Source: a virus (taxonomy: Duplodnaviria; Caudoviricetes). Taken from it: a DNA stretch of 64,000 nt. Every line of letters starts with the position of its first letter. The first letter of the stretch is position 1. This document shows positions 52,652-60,343 of the stretch, in pieces. The notes below the pieces were generated by a model. It saw only the letters and a list, made by a program, of their open reading frames with translations, was not told where the DNA came from and searched no databases. Made by a program: the position numbers and the translations under genes. Where the stretch lies: positions 3,403 through 67,402 of IMG/VR virus record IMGVR_UViG_3300001687_000015. One strand, 5' to 3'.

Positions 52652-53501
52652 AGATTCCCTCCTTCTTTTTGGCCCACCCTGGCACACCTGCCTGGGCAAT
52701 GTGATGATCGTATCCTGGCCAGTAATTTGTCTTCAGGCACTCCTGCAGACGTTGGATACAATAGATATATTTCACCTGACCGATAGTCAGAGACTCCGGA
52801 TCTGCCTGATAGATCTCGACTCCATACGGCGGCTCTTGCTCAACCACCATCCAGAAGAAGTCGAGCATACCCGATCCCTCGACCTTGGTCACGATATCAT
52901 GTTGCATGGCAGCAGACTGATGGTAGTAAAGGTTGGCGATCTGGCGTTCAAAGGCCGGTTGCCGTGCATCAGTCTTTGTGGTCTTGAGATCGAGGATCAG
53001 GGGTAGATTATTAGGCAAATAATCGGGGCGCGCTTTCACCGGCAGATCGAGCAGCGTTGTGAAATATGACTGCTCCACACGGCCCTCCACCAGCAGATCT
53101 CTCAGGATGGGGGATTCTGCCGTCCGGAGATGCTCTTTGACCTGTGCGGCCATGCCCCAGCAATGCTTGATCTGTTCGACCGTGAGGACGAGCTTGTTGG
53201 GATGCTCCTCCCTGAGTGCATCGCGCAGTTGCCTGTCTTTCGCCCTCCTGGCATCGAAATCAGGGGGCAAGGCGATCACCCGATCTTTGAAGGTATCGGG
53301 TTCAAGGATCGACCAATGACCGCCATTGCCCACATCCATCTCGTGGCTGGGTGGTTTCGGGTTGTCGAGTTCGTACCTCATGTGCATGGGAGATCTGTTC
53401 ATCAGTTTGAGTTGAGAGTGCGACCAGGGATCTGTCGCATGGTACTCATCGATGGTCATATCCCAGATCTCACCGTATTCCGTTTCCTTGAGAAGTTCCA
53501 T
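52644..53501 (-). CDS. RecE/exonuclease VIII-like PD-(D/E)XK exonuclease (DUF3799-type)
   Basis: SHSQLK, KARPDYL, ILDLKTT, YYHQSAA, MVVEQEPPY; adjacent to bet. Confidence 0.85.
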   Translation of the reverse strand: MELLKETEYGEIWDMTIDEYHATDPWSHSQLKLMNRSPMHMRYELDNPKPPSHEMDVGNGGHWSILEPDTFKDRVIALPPDFDARRAKDRQLRDALREEHPNKLVLTVEQIKHCWGMAAQVKEHLRTAESPILRDLLVEGRVEQSYFTTLLDLPVKARPDYLPNNLPLILDLKTTKTDARQPAFERQIANLYYHQSAAMQHDIVTKVEGSGMLDFFWMVVEQEPPYGVEIYQADPESLTIGQVKYIYCIQRLQECLKTNYWPGYDHHIAQAGVPGWAKKKEGIYE

Positions 53502-54145
53502 CAGCGCCCCCCGACTGTGGCGTTCTTCGGGAGATGCTCTCTGAACTGGGCCAGGGCGTGGAGATCCATACCTTTTGTGCCTTCATTGATAGCCTTATTT
53601 AGCGCGATGATCTTCTTATCCTTCTCTCCCACGAGGTTTTTAAGCCGCCGGTTCTCCTCAACGGCCATGTTGTGATCTCTCACCAAGATTTTGTTCTTCT
53701 CGCGCCCTGCTTCGACCATAAACTGCATCTTTTTGAAAAGCGCCAGGATGCCCTCTCCCACCTGGGCGGCAGTGAAGTGCCGATTGCACTGGAAGCAGAT
53801 GTGTTCTAGCTCTTCCGGCATCTCCAGCGGCGGTGGCATTTCCGGCTCCTCAAGGGTCTTCACCTCCTTGCCGGTGGACTCTTTGACTACTGGCACCCAG
53901 CGCATACCGCGCTTGCCTTTTGTGGCCGGTAGTGTTTTTAGGTGACCGGCCTTCTTCAGGTTGCTAAGAGCATTGCCGACAGTTTTGATGTCTGCGCTGG
54001 GATATTCCTCTAGCACCTCTGGCAGAAGATCCCTGGCTGTGGGCGCATCGGATGGATGCGTCCTGACGAGATCGAGTATGAAAACTGCAGCGCCTTTGTT
54101 TGCTTGTTGTTTTTCTCCTCGTGATGTACCTTTTCTCCTAGCCAT
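53501..54145 (-). CDS. winged-HTH plus coiled-coil protein
   Basis: TARDLL...IKTVGNALSNLKKAGHLK...RW pattern; C-terminal heptads. Confidence 0.55.
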   Translation of the reverse strand: MARRKGTSRGEKQQANKGAAVFILDLVRTHPSDAPTARDLLPEVLEEYPSADIKTVGNALSNLKKAGHLKTLPATKGKRGMRWVPVVKESTGKEVKTLEEPEMPPPLEMPEELEHICFQCNRHFTAAQVGEGILALFKKMQFMVEAGREKNKILVRDHNMAVEENRRLKNLVGEKDKKIIALNKAINEGTKGMDLHALAQFREHLPKNATVGGR

Positions 54146-54166
54146 TTTACTGCTCCTTGTTGATAG

Positions 54167-54415
54167 TTAGTGCATGGACATTTTGATCTGCTCATGCAGC
54201 TTGGCGATAGCCTCTCGTGCTTCCTCTTTTGTGTCACAGTCCATCAGTGGAATGTGCATCTGTGGTTGGTTCATGCCCCCCACTGGAAACATGGCCACTA
54301 CTTGCCAGAGCTTCCTGCCCTCTGCCTGTTCCTTGAGTTCAGTTTTCCCCGCCATAATATGGGTCATCCTGTCGAGGTTGCAGAGAATCCCGAACTCTGT
54401 CATGTACCATTTCAA
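54167..54415 (-). CDS. hypothetical protein
   Basis: SD aggagg; tight packing. Confidence 0.65.
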   Translation of the reverse strand: MKWYMTEFGILCNLDRMTHIMAGKTELKEQAEGRKLWQVVAMFPVGGMNQPQMHIPLMDCDTKEEAREAIAKLHEQIKMSMH

Positions 54416-54642
54416 CGAGCCTCACCTCCTTTGTCATCCAGGCCAGCTTCCAAGAACTCAATCATGCCCTTGATCGGCACTCTGGCCCCATGTTTTGCGA
54501 TAGTTACTGCATCATGCGCCTGATCCAGGCCAGCGGCAAAACCGCAATAGATCTTCCTGCCGCCTATCTCAGGAGCTACGAGTACAAACCCCACGGTTAA
54601 TCCCTGTGGAGTCGAAAACCACATGGAATCTAAAACCCTCAT
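54412..54642 (-). CDS. hypothetical protein
   Basis: GGAGG at 54652-54648 then ATG 54642. Confidence 0.6.
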   Translation of the reverse strand: MRVLDSMWFSTPQGLTVGFVLVAPEIGGRKIYCGFAAGLDQAHDAVTIAKHGARVPIKGMIEFLEAGLDDKGGEAR

Positions 54643-54652
54643 GATGTCCTCC

Positions 54653-54673
54653 AAAAACCCTCGTGATGAGGGT
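54653..54673 (-). terminator. intrinsic terminator inside the leftward operon
   Basis: accctc/gagggt 6-bp stem flanked by A5 and A8 runs (U-tract on the minus strand). Confidence 0.6.
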
Positions 54674-54684
54674 AAAAAAAAGAA

Positions 54685-55065
54685 TTAACCCCTATCCTTC
54701 ACCTCCTTTCGCCAGGAGTTCAGGTTGGAGGGGCAGCCCTCTGCGAGATAGAGAACGATGGCACATGCCCTCTCAGTCTCGATCAACCGGCACCTGTAGC
54801 GGTACAGGTCTTTGTTCCAGTACAGATAGCAGCAGCGCCCCGCCACCTCGCGCCCCAGGTGGCAGACTCTCGACTTGCAGCAGTACCCGCAGCCCAGGCA
54901 TTCAGGATACGGCGTTTCCGGCTCCATATCGAGCTTCTGGCCGCTGGCAATTTTGCCGATCCAGCCGCACAGGACGCACTTCCACCTCCAGGGCCGCGCA
55001 GACTCCGGCAGCGGCCTCAACTGATGAAGGCAACGTGCTTGCCGATCAGGGTTATGCTCAAACAT
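54685..55065 (-). CDS. CxxCxxCC (YkgJ-type) cysteine-cluster protein, copy 4, with extra N-terminal CxxC
   Basis: CVLC; CLGCGYCC...C...CCYL...YRC...EGC. Confidence 0.7.
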   Translation of the reverse strand: MFEHNPDRQARCLHQLRPLPESARPWRWKCVLCGWIGKIASGQKLDMEPETPYPECLGCGYCCKSRVCHLGREVAGRCCYLYWNKDLYRYRCRLIETERACAIVLYLAEGCPSNLNSWRKEVKDRG

Positions 55066-55075
55066 ATTCTGGGTT

Positions 55076-55154
55076 CCTATTCCAATGCCCAGGAGGATGG
55101 CTCATGGGCATGGAAATAGGGGCTATGGCCACGCCAGGGAACGTGACCATAGCC
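55076..55154 (-). promoter_or_regulatory. back-to-back double hairpin in intergenic space
   Basis: 55121-55154 13-bp stem (mismatch on +, GU on -); 55076-55120 stem with CCUCC in the minus-strand loop. Confidence 0.55.
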
Positions 55155-55169
55155 AGGGCCGGAAGGATG

Positions 55170-55928
55170 CTAGTTAAGCAACTCAGGGACGTATTTGCCC
55201 TCTTCCAGCCGCATCTCGATGTACTTGTCGGCCACCTTCTCAAAGCGCGAAGTAGCACCGGCCACTTGGAACAGGTTCCGCTCACGGCCCATGCGTGTGA
55301 CTGCGCCGTGTACCTGGGCGAGGGTGCGAGAGCCAGCGTTCAGGGCCAGTTCCTCATCGAGGGCCGCTAGGAATCTGCGGTAGGCGCTGGGGGAGAATAC
55401 GCCCTCCTCCAGGCATTGCACGATGATCCAGCTTAGATCCTTATCCCAAACGAACATGCGTTTGAAGCTCTCGTGGCGATACTCCAGTTGCTCCATGTGG
55501 GGGATCACACCCTCTACGGCTTTCATGGTCAGTTCGATTAGCCTGACTTGAGTGAGGCCAGCGGTGTGCTTGTGGAAGGTAAGAAACTCACCACTCAGGG
55601 CGAGATTATCACAAACGAAGACTCTCCTGCCACCGCACATGCCAAGCGCCATGGACTTGTCGATGGCGTTTCTGAAACCCAGGCTCCAGCAAGCTTTGTC
55701 GGAGCCTTCTGAGAGATCCCAGACCCCAAAGCATCGGGTGCCGGACGTATTCAAGCTGTACTCGCGCTTGCGCACCTCCAGGCCGATCTCCTGGGTGGCA
55801 TCCTCCAGGGCGTGGACGATTCTCCGGTGGCCTATGGGCCTCCAGGTTTCCGTAAACTTCGGCTCTGGCACTGCGAGTACGTCTGCCTCGCTGCACCGCA
55901 TGGTATCCTTATGTGCTATTAAACTCAT
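55170..55928 (-). CDS. DUF932/DUF945-family protein
   Basis: TETWRPIGH...GFRNAIDKS...RVFVCDNLAL...HKHT. Confidence 0.75.
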   Translation of the reverse strand: MSLIAHKDTMRCSEADVLAVPEPKFTETWRPIGHRRIVHALEDATQEIGLEVRKREYSLNTSGTRCFGVWDLSEGSDKACWSLGFRNAIDKSMALGMCGGRRVFVCDNLALSGEFLTFHKHTAGLTQVRLIELTMKAVEGVIPHMEQLEYRHESFKRMFVWDKDLSWIIVQCLEEGVFSPSAYRRFLAALDEELALNAGSRTLAQVHGAVTRMGRERNLFQVAGATSRFEKVADKYIEMRLEEGKYVPELLN

Positions 55929-56182
55929 AATTTCCTCCTCTCCGTTGGTTCACTCAGCCACCTTAGGCTGGGGATTTTCCATTCGTTGAAAAGACTCCGG
56001 TCAGCAAAGGCGTACATGCGCATGAGGCACTCTTCGTCAACGGTTTTCGGGAGCTTCTGGCCGCTGAGATCTGTGACCTCAAACCAGTAGCCTTCGACCT
56101 CGCGCTTGAGGTAGTAGCGTCCTGGGCGGTTGTCTACCAGGAACCATTTCTGCCGGAACAGTGCCTCGATGACATCATCCAT
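55925..56182 (-). CDS. hypothetical protein
   Basis: Overlaps the next gene; normal composition. Confidence 0.65.
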   Translation of the reverse strand: MDDVIEALFRQKWFLVDNRPGRYYLKREVEGYWFEVTDLSGQKLPKTVDEECLMRMYAFADRSLFNEWKIPSLRWLSEPTERRKL

Positions 56183-56190
56183 GTTGCACC

Positions 56191-56589
56191 TTACAATTCA
56201 TCGAAGTGGCTGGCCTGGGCTTTAATGGCCAGGGGAATGGTGCCTTCCCAGCCGCAGTTGCATTTCACGCCTACCTCGCATGTGCCATGGTAGTAGGTCT
56301 TGCGCCAGCGGCCTTTGCCCTCGCCAGACTCATCGATCTCTATCTCGTCAGGCTCATAGGTGATCTCGCCGCCCATGTTATCCACTGGCATCTCGCCATC
56401 ACAATCGTGATGCTCCTCCAGGTCAGTTTCAAAGGACTCATTGTATTCTTCTAGCTCATCACCGCATTCCACGCACGTTTTGATGAGCCTGAGGTCGGCG
56501 TAGAGGTTTGTCCCCTCCAGATCCACGGTGCCGACCTCGCCCTGCACTTCGATGGATACAAATCTCGTGCATTGCTCACATCTTGGCAT
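56191..56589 (-). CDS. acidic zinc-binding hypothetical protein
   Basis: CEQC, CVEC, HHDC, CNC. Confidence 0.65.
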   Translation of the reverse strand: MPRCEQCTRFVSIEVQGEVGTVDLEGTNLYADLRLIKTCVECGDELEEYNESFETDLEEHHDCDGEMPVDNMGGEITYEPDEIEIDESGEGKGRWRKTYYHGTCEVGVKCNCGWEGTIPLAIKAQASHFDEL

Positions 56590-56803
56590 TCTCTACCTCC
56601 TTCCTCTCGATCTCCCTGGCGTAGTTGTCCAACTGCCGTGCAGCTTTCATGACCTGGGAGTCTCTGTTAACTGCATCTTGCATCTCATGGTTGGCCGAAT
56701 GCAGCGCCTCTAGCGCCATGTGGAAGAGATGCTTTAGGTACTCATCTTTGCACTCAAAATGCAAGAGGAATACCCTCGCCATTGTGTCAAAACTACTACT
56801 CAT
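56576..56803 (-). CDS. hypothetical helical protein
   Basis: Overlapping neighbours. Confidence 0.55.
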   Translation of the reverse strand: MSSSFDTMARVFLLHFECKDEYLKHLFHMALEALHSANHEMQDAVNRDSQVMKAARQLDNYAREIERKEVENAKM

Positions 56804-57141
56804 TCAATCACCTCCTCATCTATGGCCAGCGCAGCGATGCAGTCCATTAAGATCGTCCTCTTTGCCGCACTGGGGATGCCGTAGAGCAGCCGGTCAATGG
56901 CATCTTGGGGCGAAGGGGGGATGTCTTGCTGGCCTTCTATCGCCATGGTTTCCATTTTGATTATGTGCGTTTTAACCCTGACTGCAAACCACTTGTCGCA
57001 GCCGCCCTGATCTATGTCGCACAGGTACATATGTGGCTGGTATCGTTGCATACCCTTCGTCCACATCTTTTGCCCCTGGTTGCAATAGGGGCAATCGATG
57101 AGTACCTGATCGTAGGTGATGGTTAAAGGGTCACTCATCAT
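56800..57141 (-). CDS. zinc-ribbon hypothetical protein
   Basis: aaggag SD before ATG 57141; CPYC...CDIDQGGC. Confidence 0.6.
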   Translation of the reverse strand: MMSDPLTITYDQVLIDCPYCNQGQKMWTKGMQRYQPHMYLCDIDQGGCDKWFAVRVKTHIIKMETMAIEGQQDIPPSPQDAIDRLLYGIPSAAKRTILMDCIAALAIDEEVIE

Positions 57142-57412
57142 AAGTCTCCTTTCCCAGCCCACTCCTATGATCCATCTTCAGCCTCACAAGCTCAATCTGA
57201 CAGCCCTCAAAGCCCTCTGTGCATTCATCCCAACCCAACGAGTCCATATGGTAGTCACAGAGTACAATGCTGCACCTGGGACAGCCTACGGTGCGTAGGT
57301 TGAGGGTGAGATCGTGGCTGAGATGCGAGGCGTTGTGCGCGCCCTTGTGGCTGGACGTAAAAGGGATCACCTCATTGCAGCCGTAACACCTAACCTCGAT
57401 ATTGATTTGCAT
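57131..57412 (-). CDS. Cys-rich hypothetical protein
   Basis: AGGAGGTGAT SD; CYGC...CPRC. Confidence 0.6.
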   Translation of the reverse strand: MQINIEVRCYGCNEVIPFTSSHKGAHNASHLSHDLTLNLRTVGCPRCSIVLCDYHMDSLGWDECTEGFEGCQIELVRLKMDHRSGLGKETYDE

Positions 57413-57416
57413 CTGA

Positions 57417-57534
57417 TCACCTCCTCTCGATGTGTGTGTTTTGGGCCATTGGAGCTAGGCTCCAGTAGCAGCCCAGGTACGGTGGCCTAAAAACGATGCA
57501 GTGTTACGGAAGGCCGCACCAGGGCTGCCTAAGC
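57417..57534 (-). promoter_or_regulatory. leader module 1: long hairpin, GGAG hairpin, MAQNT mini-ORF, SD
   Basis: Minus strand: long stem, ggagc-cta-gctcc (57451-57463), ATGGCCCAAAACAC (57449-57436), uORF MAQNTHIERR* 57449-57417. Confidence 0.6.
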
Positions 57535-57541
57535 AGACTAG

Positions 57542-57883
57542 CTATCGGGTATCGGGCTGCCAGCCGTAGTAGAGCCTGGGCATGTGCTGAAATACCAAGG
57601 TTCCTTTCTGGCCGGTGGCTTTCTCCTCGACCACAACAAAGGGTGCCTGGAATCCTATGATGGTGAACTCCTGGGCCAATTCCTCAGTAGTCCATACAGG
57701 GCCGTATTCGGCCTCCAGGCGCGTTCTCTCCTCATCCTTGTCCTGAGATTCAACCTGGGCATTGATCTCGTGTACCATCGCCCTTCTGGGCCTCTCAGTT
57801 GGATCTTGCATGGCTTTCCTCCTCTCATAGGCCAAGTGGGCCTCGATAAAAGGTAGTGCGATCTTGTCTAGATAGTCGCTCAT
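57542..57883 (-). CDS. hypothetical protein
   Basis: VWTTEEL..EFTIIGFQAPFVVV....GQKGTLVFQHMPRLYYGW globular motif. Confidence 0.7.
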   Translation of the reverse strand: MSDYLDKIALPFIEAHLAYERRKAMQDPTERPRRAMVHEINAQVESQDKDEERTRLEAEYGPVWTTEELAQEFTIIGFQAPFVVVEEKATGQKGTLVFQHMPRLYYGWQPDTR

Positions 57884-58203
57884 AGTTCCCCCTCCGCGAA
57901 CAGTTCGCGCCAGTAGTCAATGGTAACTACGGTGTACACGCCATCGACTAGCTCTCTGATGATTACCCAGCGCCACTGTTTGGGCCAAGTGCGGTGCGCG
58001 AACCAGACTGATTGCTCATTCGCGCCCAGGCTCCAACCGTCATCGCGAACGAAGATCCACTGCCACTTCAGGTGCGGTCTGCGCCTGGGGAGAACGGCCA
58101 CATCCTCTGGAGTCATCATGCGATTGGGGCCACGCGCAATGATGGCCTCTAGCGTGGAGGTATCCTCCGGCATGATGTCAACGAATTCAATCTTGTCAGG
58201 CAT
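57880..58203 (-). CDS. hypothetical protein
   Basis: SD aaggagg; Trp-rich globular. Confidence 0.65.
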   Translation of the reverse strand: MPDKIEFVDIMPEDTSTLEAIIARGPNRMMTPEDVAVLPRRRPHLKWQWIFVRDDGWSLGANEQSVWFAHRTWPKQWRWVIIRELVDGVYTVVTIDYWRELFAEGEL

Positions 58204-58205
58204 GG

Positions 58206-58730
58206 CTATTCCTCCTTGGTTTTGGCCTCGACCAGCGCCTCGATCTCCTCTGAGGTGTAGCGCGTGATCTCCGACTTGCGCTGCCGGATCTCTTTCTCCA
58301 GGTGATGCTTCTGGATACTAAGCTCTCTGATCTTGGCCCAGCGCTTTTTGTTCTCATCCGTGTAGTGACTGAGTTTGCGCTGGATGTCATACTTGTCGAG
58401 CTTCTGCCGATCACGGTGGCCACTGGAGAGGTTGACGCTGCCATCCTCATTGACGGTAGTGATTTTGGTCTGCTCACCCCTGCCGAACTGCTCGATAAAC
58501 ACGGTGATGTCCAGCCTCACTTTCTTACCGGCGAGTCTCCGATCTACCTTCTGCAGGAGCTTCTTCAGTTGCTCATCATAGAGGGTTACGCCTTCCATCT
58601 TGGCCTCAAATCGCGCCTTGTCATGATGTTCAGAGACAACAAAGCGGATCGGGATGCCCCTGTAGTCAGCGCTAACGCCCTGCCTCAGATCTACGAAAAC
58701 CTGCCTTTTCGCAGGTGCCATTTTACTCAT
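58206..58730 (-). CDS. hypothetical protein
   Basis: AAGGAGGTGAT SD then ATG 58730. Confidence 0.7.
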   Translation of the reverse strand: MSKMAPAKRQVFVDLRQGVSADYRGIPIRFVVSEHHDKARFEAKMEGVTLYDEQLKKLLQKVDRRLAGKKVRLDITVFIEQFGRGEQTKITTVNEDGSVNLSSGHRDRQKLDKYDIQRKLSHYTDENKKRWAKIRELSIQKHHLEKEIRQRKSEITRYTSEEIEALVEAKTKEE

Positions 58731-58745
58731 TGAAATCACCTCCTT

Positions 58746-58817
58746 TCAGTTAGTGTTTTGGGCCATGGAGTGTTAGGCACTCCCAAGGTGCCGCCAGCGG
58801 TGCGCCACGCTGACGGC
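58746..58817 (-). promoter_or_regulatory. leader module 2: long hairpin, GGAG hairpin, MAQNT mini-ORF, SD
   Basis: Minus strand: ccgtcagcg/cgctggcgg stem, ggagtg-cctaa-cactcc (58767-58783), ATGGCCCAAAACAC (58766-58753), uORF MAQNTN*. Confidence 0.6.
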
Positions 58818-58830
58818 CTGTTAGTTGTGC

Positions 58831-59079
58831 CTAATCCTTGTCGGGCTTGACATCGACTGCCCAGCCCACATTCAGCAGGTCATTGATCTGGGTTGGGCCG
58901 ACAAACTGGCCGACCTCAAAGTCAACGGAGTTATGGACAGACAAAATTTTGAAGGATTTCTTGTCTATTTGATCTTGGGCCTGGGGGTAATCCTTGGGGT
59001 CACCGTCACCCAGGTAGAAATCCCTGGCCCAGGATCTCTTATCAGCTACTACCAGTTTGGGGTTTCTTCTCAGCGCCAT
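58831..59079 (-). CDS. hypothetical protein
   Basis: SD aaaggag; normal composition. Confidence 0.6.
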   Translation of the reverse strand: MALRRNPKLVVADKRSWARDFYLGDGDPKDYPQAQDQIDKKSFKILSVHNSVDFEVGQFVGPTQINDLLNVGWAVDVKPDKD

Positions 59080-59281
59080 TGGATTTCTCCTTTCTTGGCA
59101 GATCTTTGATATCCCACCGTGCCACGATCAATTTCCTCATACCTCGTGAGGCGTGGGGGATTTTGATCTCGTAGGAGCCTTTGTCCTTGCCTCTGCGGAT
59201 CTCGCGACAGTCCTTGAAGAAGCGGAGCTTGTTGTCCACCCAGGCGCTGCCGGAGCCGCAGGGGCGCTCTGATATGGCCAA
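59042..59281 (-). CDS. basic hypothetical protein
   Basis: Start re-called to TTG 59281 downstream of the 48-aa ORF. Confidence 0.45.
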   Translation of the reverse strand: MAISERPCGSGSAWVDNKLRFFKDCREIRRGKDKGSYEIKIPHASRGMRKLIVARWDIKDLPRKEKSNGAEKKPQTGSS

Positions 59282-59291
59282 GGGTGCCTCT

Positions 59292-59438
59292 CTACGCGTT
59301 TTCTTCTTCCTCTTCGCTGCAGATCTCACAAAGCACCTCCTCGTACTCTGGCCATTCTTCCAGGGTTTTGCCGCCAGGGCTGTGGTATGCGCAGCGGCTG
59401 CAGTATTCTGTATCCCAGTAGGGTCTGATGTCAGGCAT
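59292..59438 (-). CDS. 48-aa zinc-ribbon mini-protein (not in ORF track)
   Basis: aggagg SD; MPDIRPYWDTEYCSRCAYHSPGGKTLEEWPEYEEVLCEICSEEEEENA*. Confidence 0.6.
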   Translation of the reverse strand: MPDIRPYWDTEYCSRCAYHSPGGKTLEEWPEYEEVLCEICSEEEEENA

Positions 59439-59616
59439 TGGTTGTCCTCCTTTGCCAATTTCTCTCAGCCCTCAGTTTCAGATCTCGCAAGGTGTAGCCG
59501 TAGCCGATGTAGATCTGTGCGCGGTAGAGGAACCACACCCCAGTTTGATTCTTGATGACTGAGTACATTCCTTGAGTTGAGTAGTAGTGGCCAGCCTTTT
59601 TCTTTTTCCATTGCAT
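59431..59616 (-). CDS. small basic hypothetical protein
   Basis: taggagg SD before ATG 59616. Confidence 0.65.
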   Translation of the reverse strand: MQWKKKKAGHYYSTQGMYSVIKNQTGVWFLYRAQIYIGYGYTLRDLKLRAERNWQRRTTNA

Positions 59617-59928
59617 GGGCTACCTCCTAATTTCACAAACTCCTGGGGATCTGCTTCTGGCGTGGGGGCAGGAAGAGTGGAAAAGATTGTTTGGGAAAGA
59701 TGGGGGATTAGGCGTGGATTTTTGGCAGGATCTGTGGCACTCTGAAAGAGATCCCCTACTAGATAGGTTGATTCACTCGCCGCACGGCGCATGATCTGGT
59801 AGTCACTGGCCTCTGGTTGCGGCGAACCCATAGACATCCCCACCTGGGGGAGGTCTGTGCCGACAGGATCTCTCATAGGCTGTCCTCCTTTTTGCTGTAG
59901 ACGCTTGTGGTTTGGGCCGTTACGTCTA

Positions 59929-59957
59929 TTTCTAGCATAATGCAGCAGGGCTGTCAA
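59929..59957 (-). promoter_or_regulatory. possible leftward sigma70-type promoter
   Basis: TTGACA (59957-59952), 17 nt, TGcTAGAAA; the -10 is imperfect. Confidence 0.35.
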
Positions 59958-60062
59958 CTCTTAATCTCCTATTCAATCGCTACAGGAGGCGAATAAGATG
60001 TTCCCCAAAAAGGCATTTTTTTGGTTCCATCTGGCAGAGATCTATGGTAGAAGATCCAGACT

Positions 60063-60314
60063 ATGCCAAACAGAGCATTTCAAATCAATCTCGACACACC
60101 GCGCCGGTACACCGCACGAGAGAAGAAGGTTAGGGCCATCTATCATTACCTGAAGATGACAGGGCTGAGTCAGGAGCAGTTCTGCAGGGCGATAGGAATC
60201 ACCCCTGGCCCCCTGAACCGATTTCTCAAAGGGAGGACAGACCTGTACCTGCGCACCTGGGAATTGATGGAAAGCTGTATTTCTCGCGCTGGGATAGATT
60301 GGAGAGATTTCTAG
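60063..60314 (+). CDS. Cro/XRE-family HTH regulator
   Basis: GLSQEQFCRAIGITPGPLNRFLKG; first rightward gene at the divergence point. Confidence 0.8.
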   Translation: MPNRAFQINLDTPRRYTAREKKVRAIYHYLKMTGLSQEQFCRAIGITPGPLNRFLKGRTDLYLRTWELMESCISRAGIDWRDF

Positions 60315-60343
60315 AGTTCTAGCGCACGAGCGGAGTAAGAGCG

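Noticed and set aside
50961-58766. Sigma54 promoter reading of TGGCCCAAAACAC
   Set aside because: The TGGC is not followed by TTGC at the -12 position
59478-59876. Leftward 132-aa ORF with a strong SD (aaggagg before ATG 59876)
   Set aside because: Low-information Ser/Pro/Thr sequence overlapping the better-supported 59431-59616 gene by 139 nt; left uncalled though a short translated leader is possible
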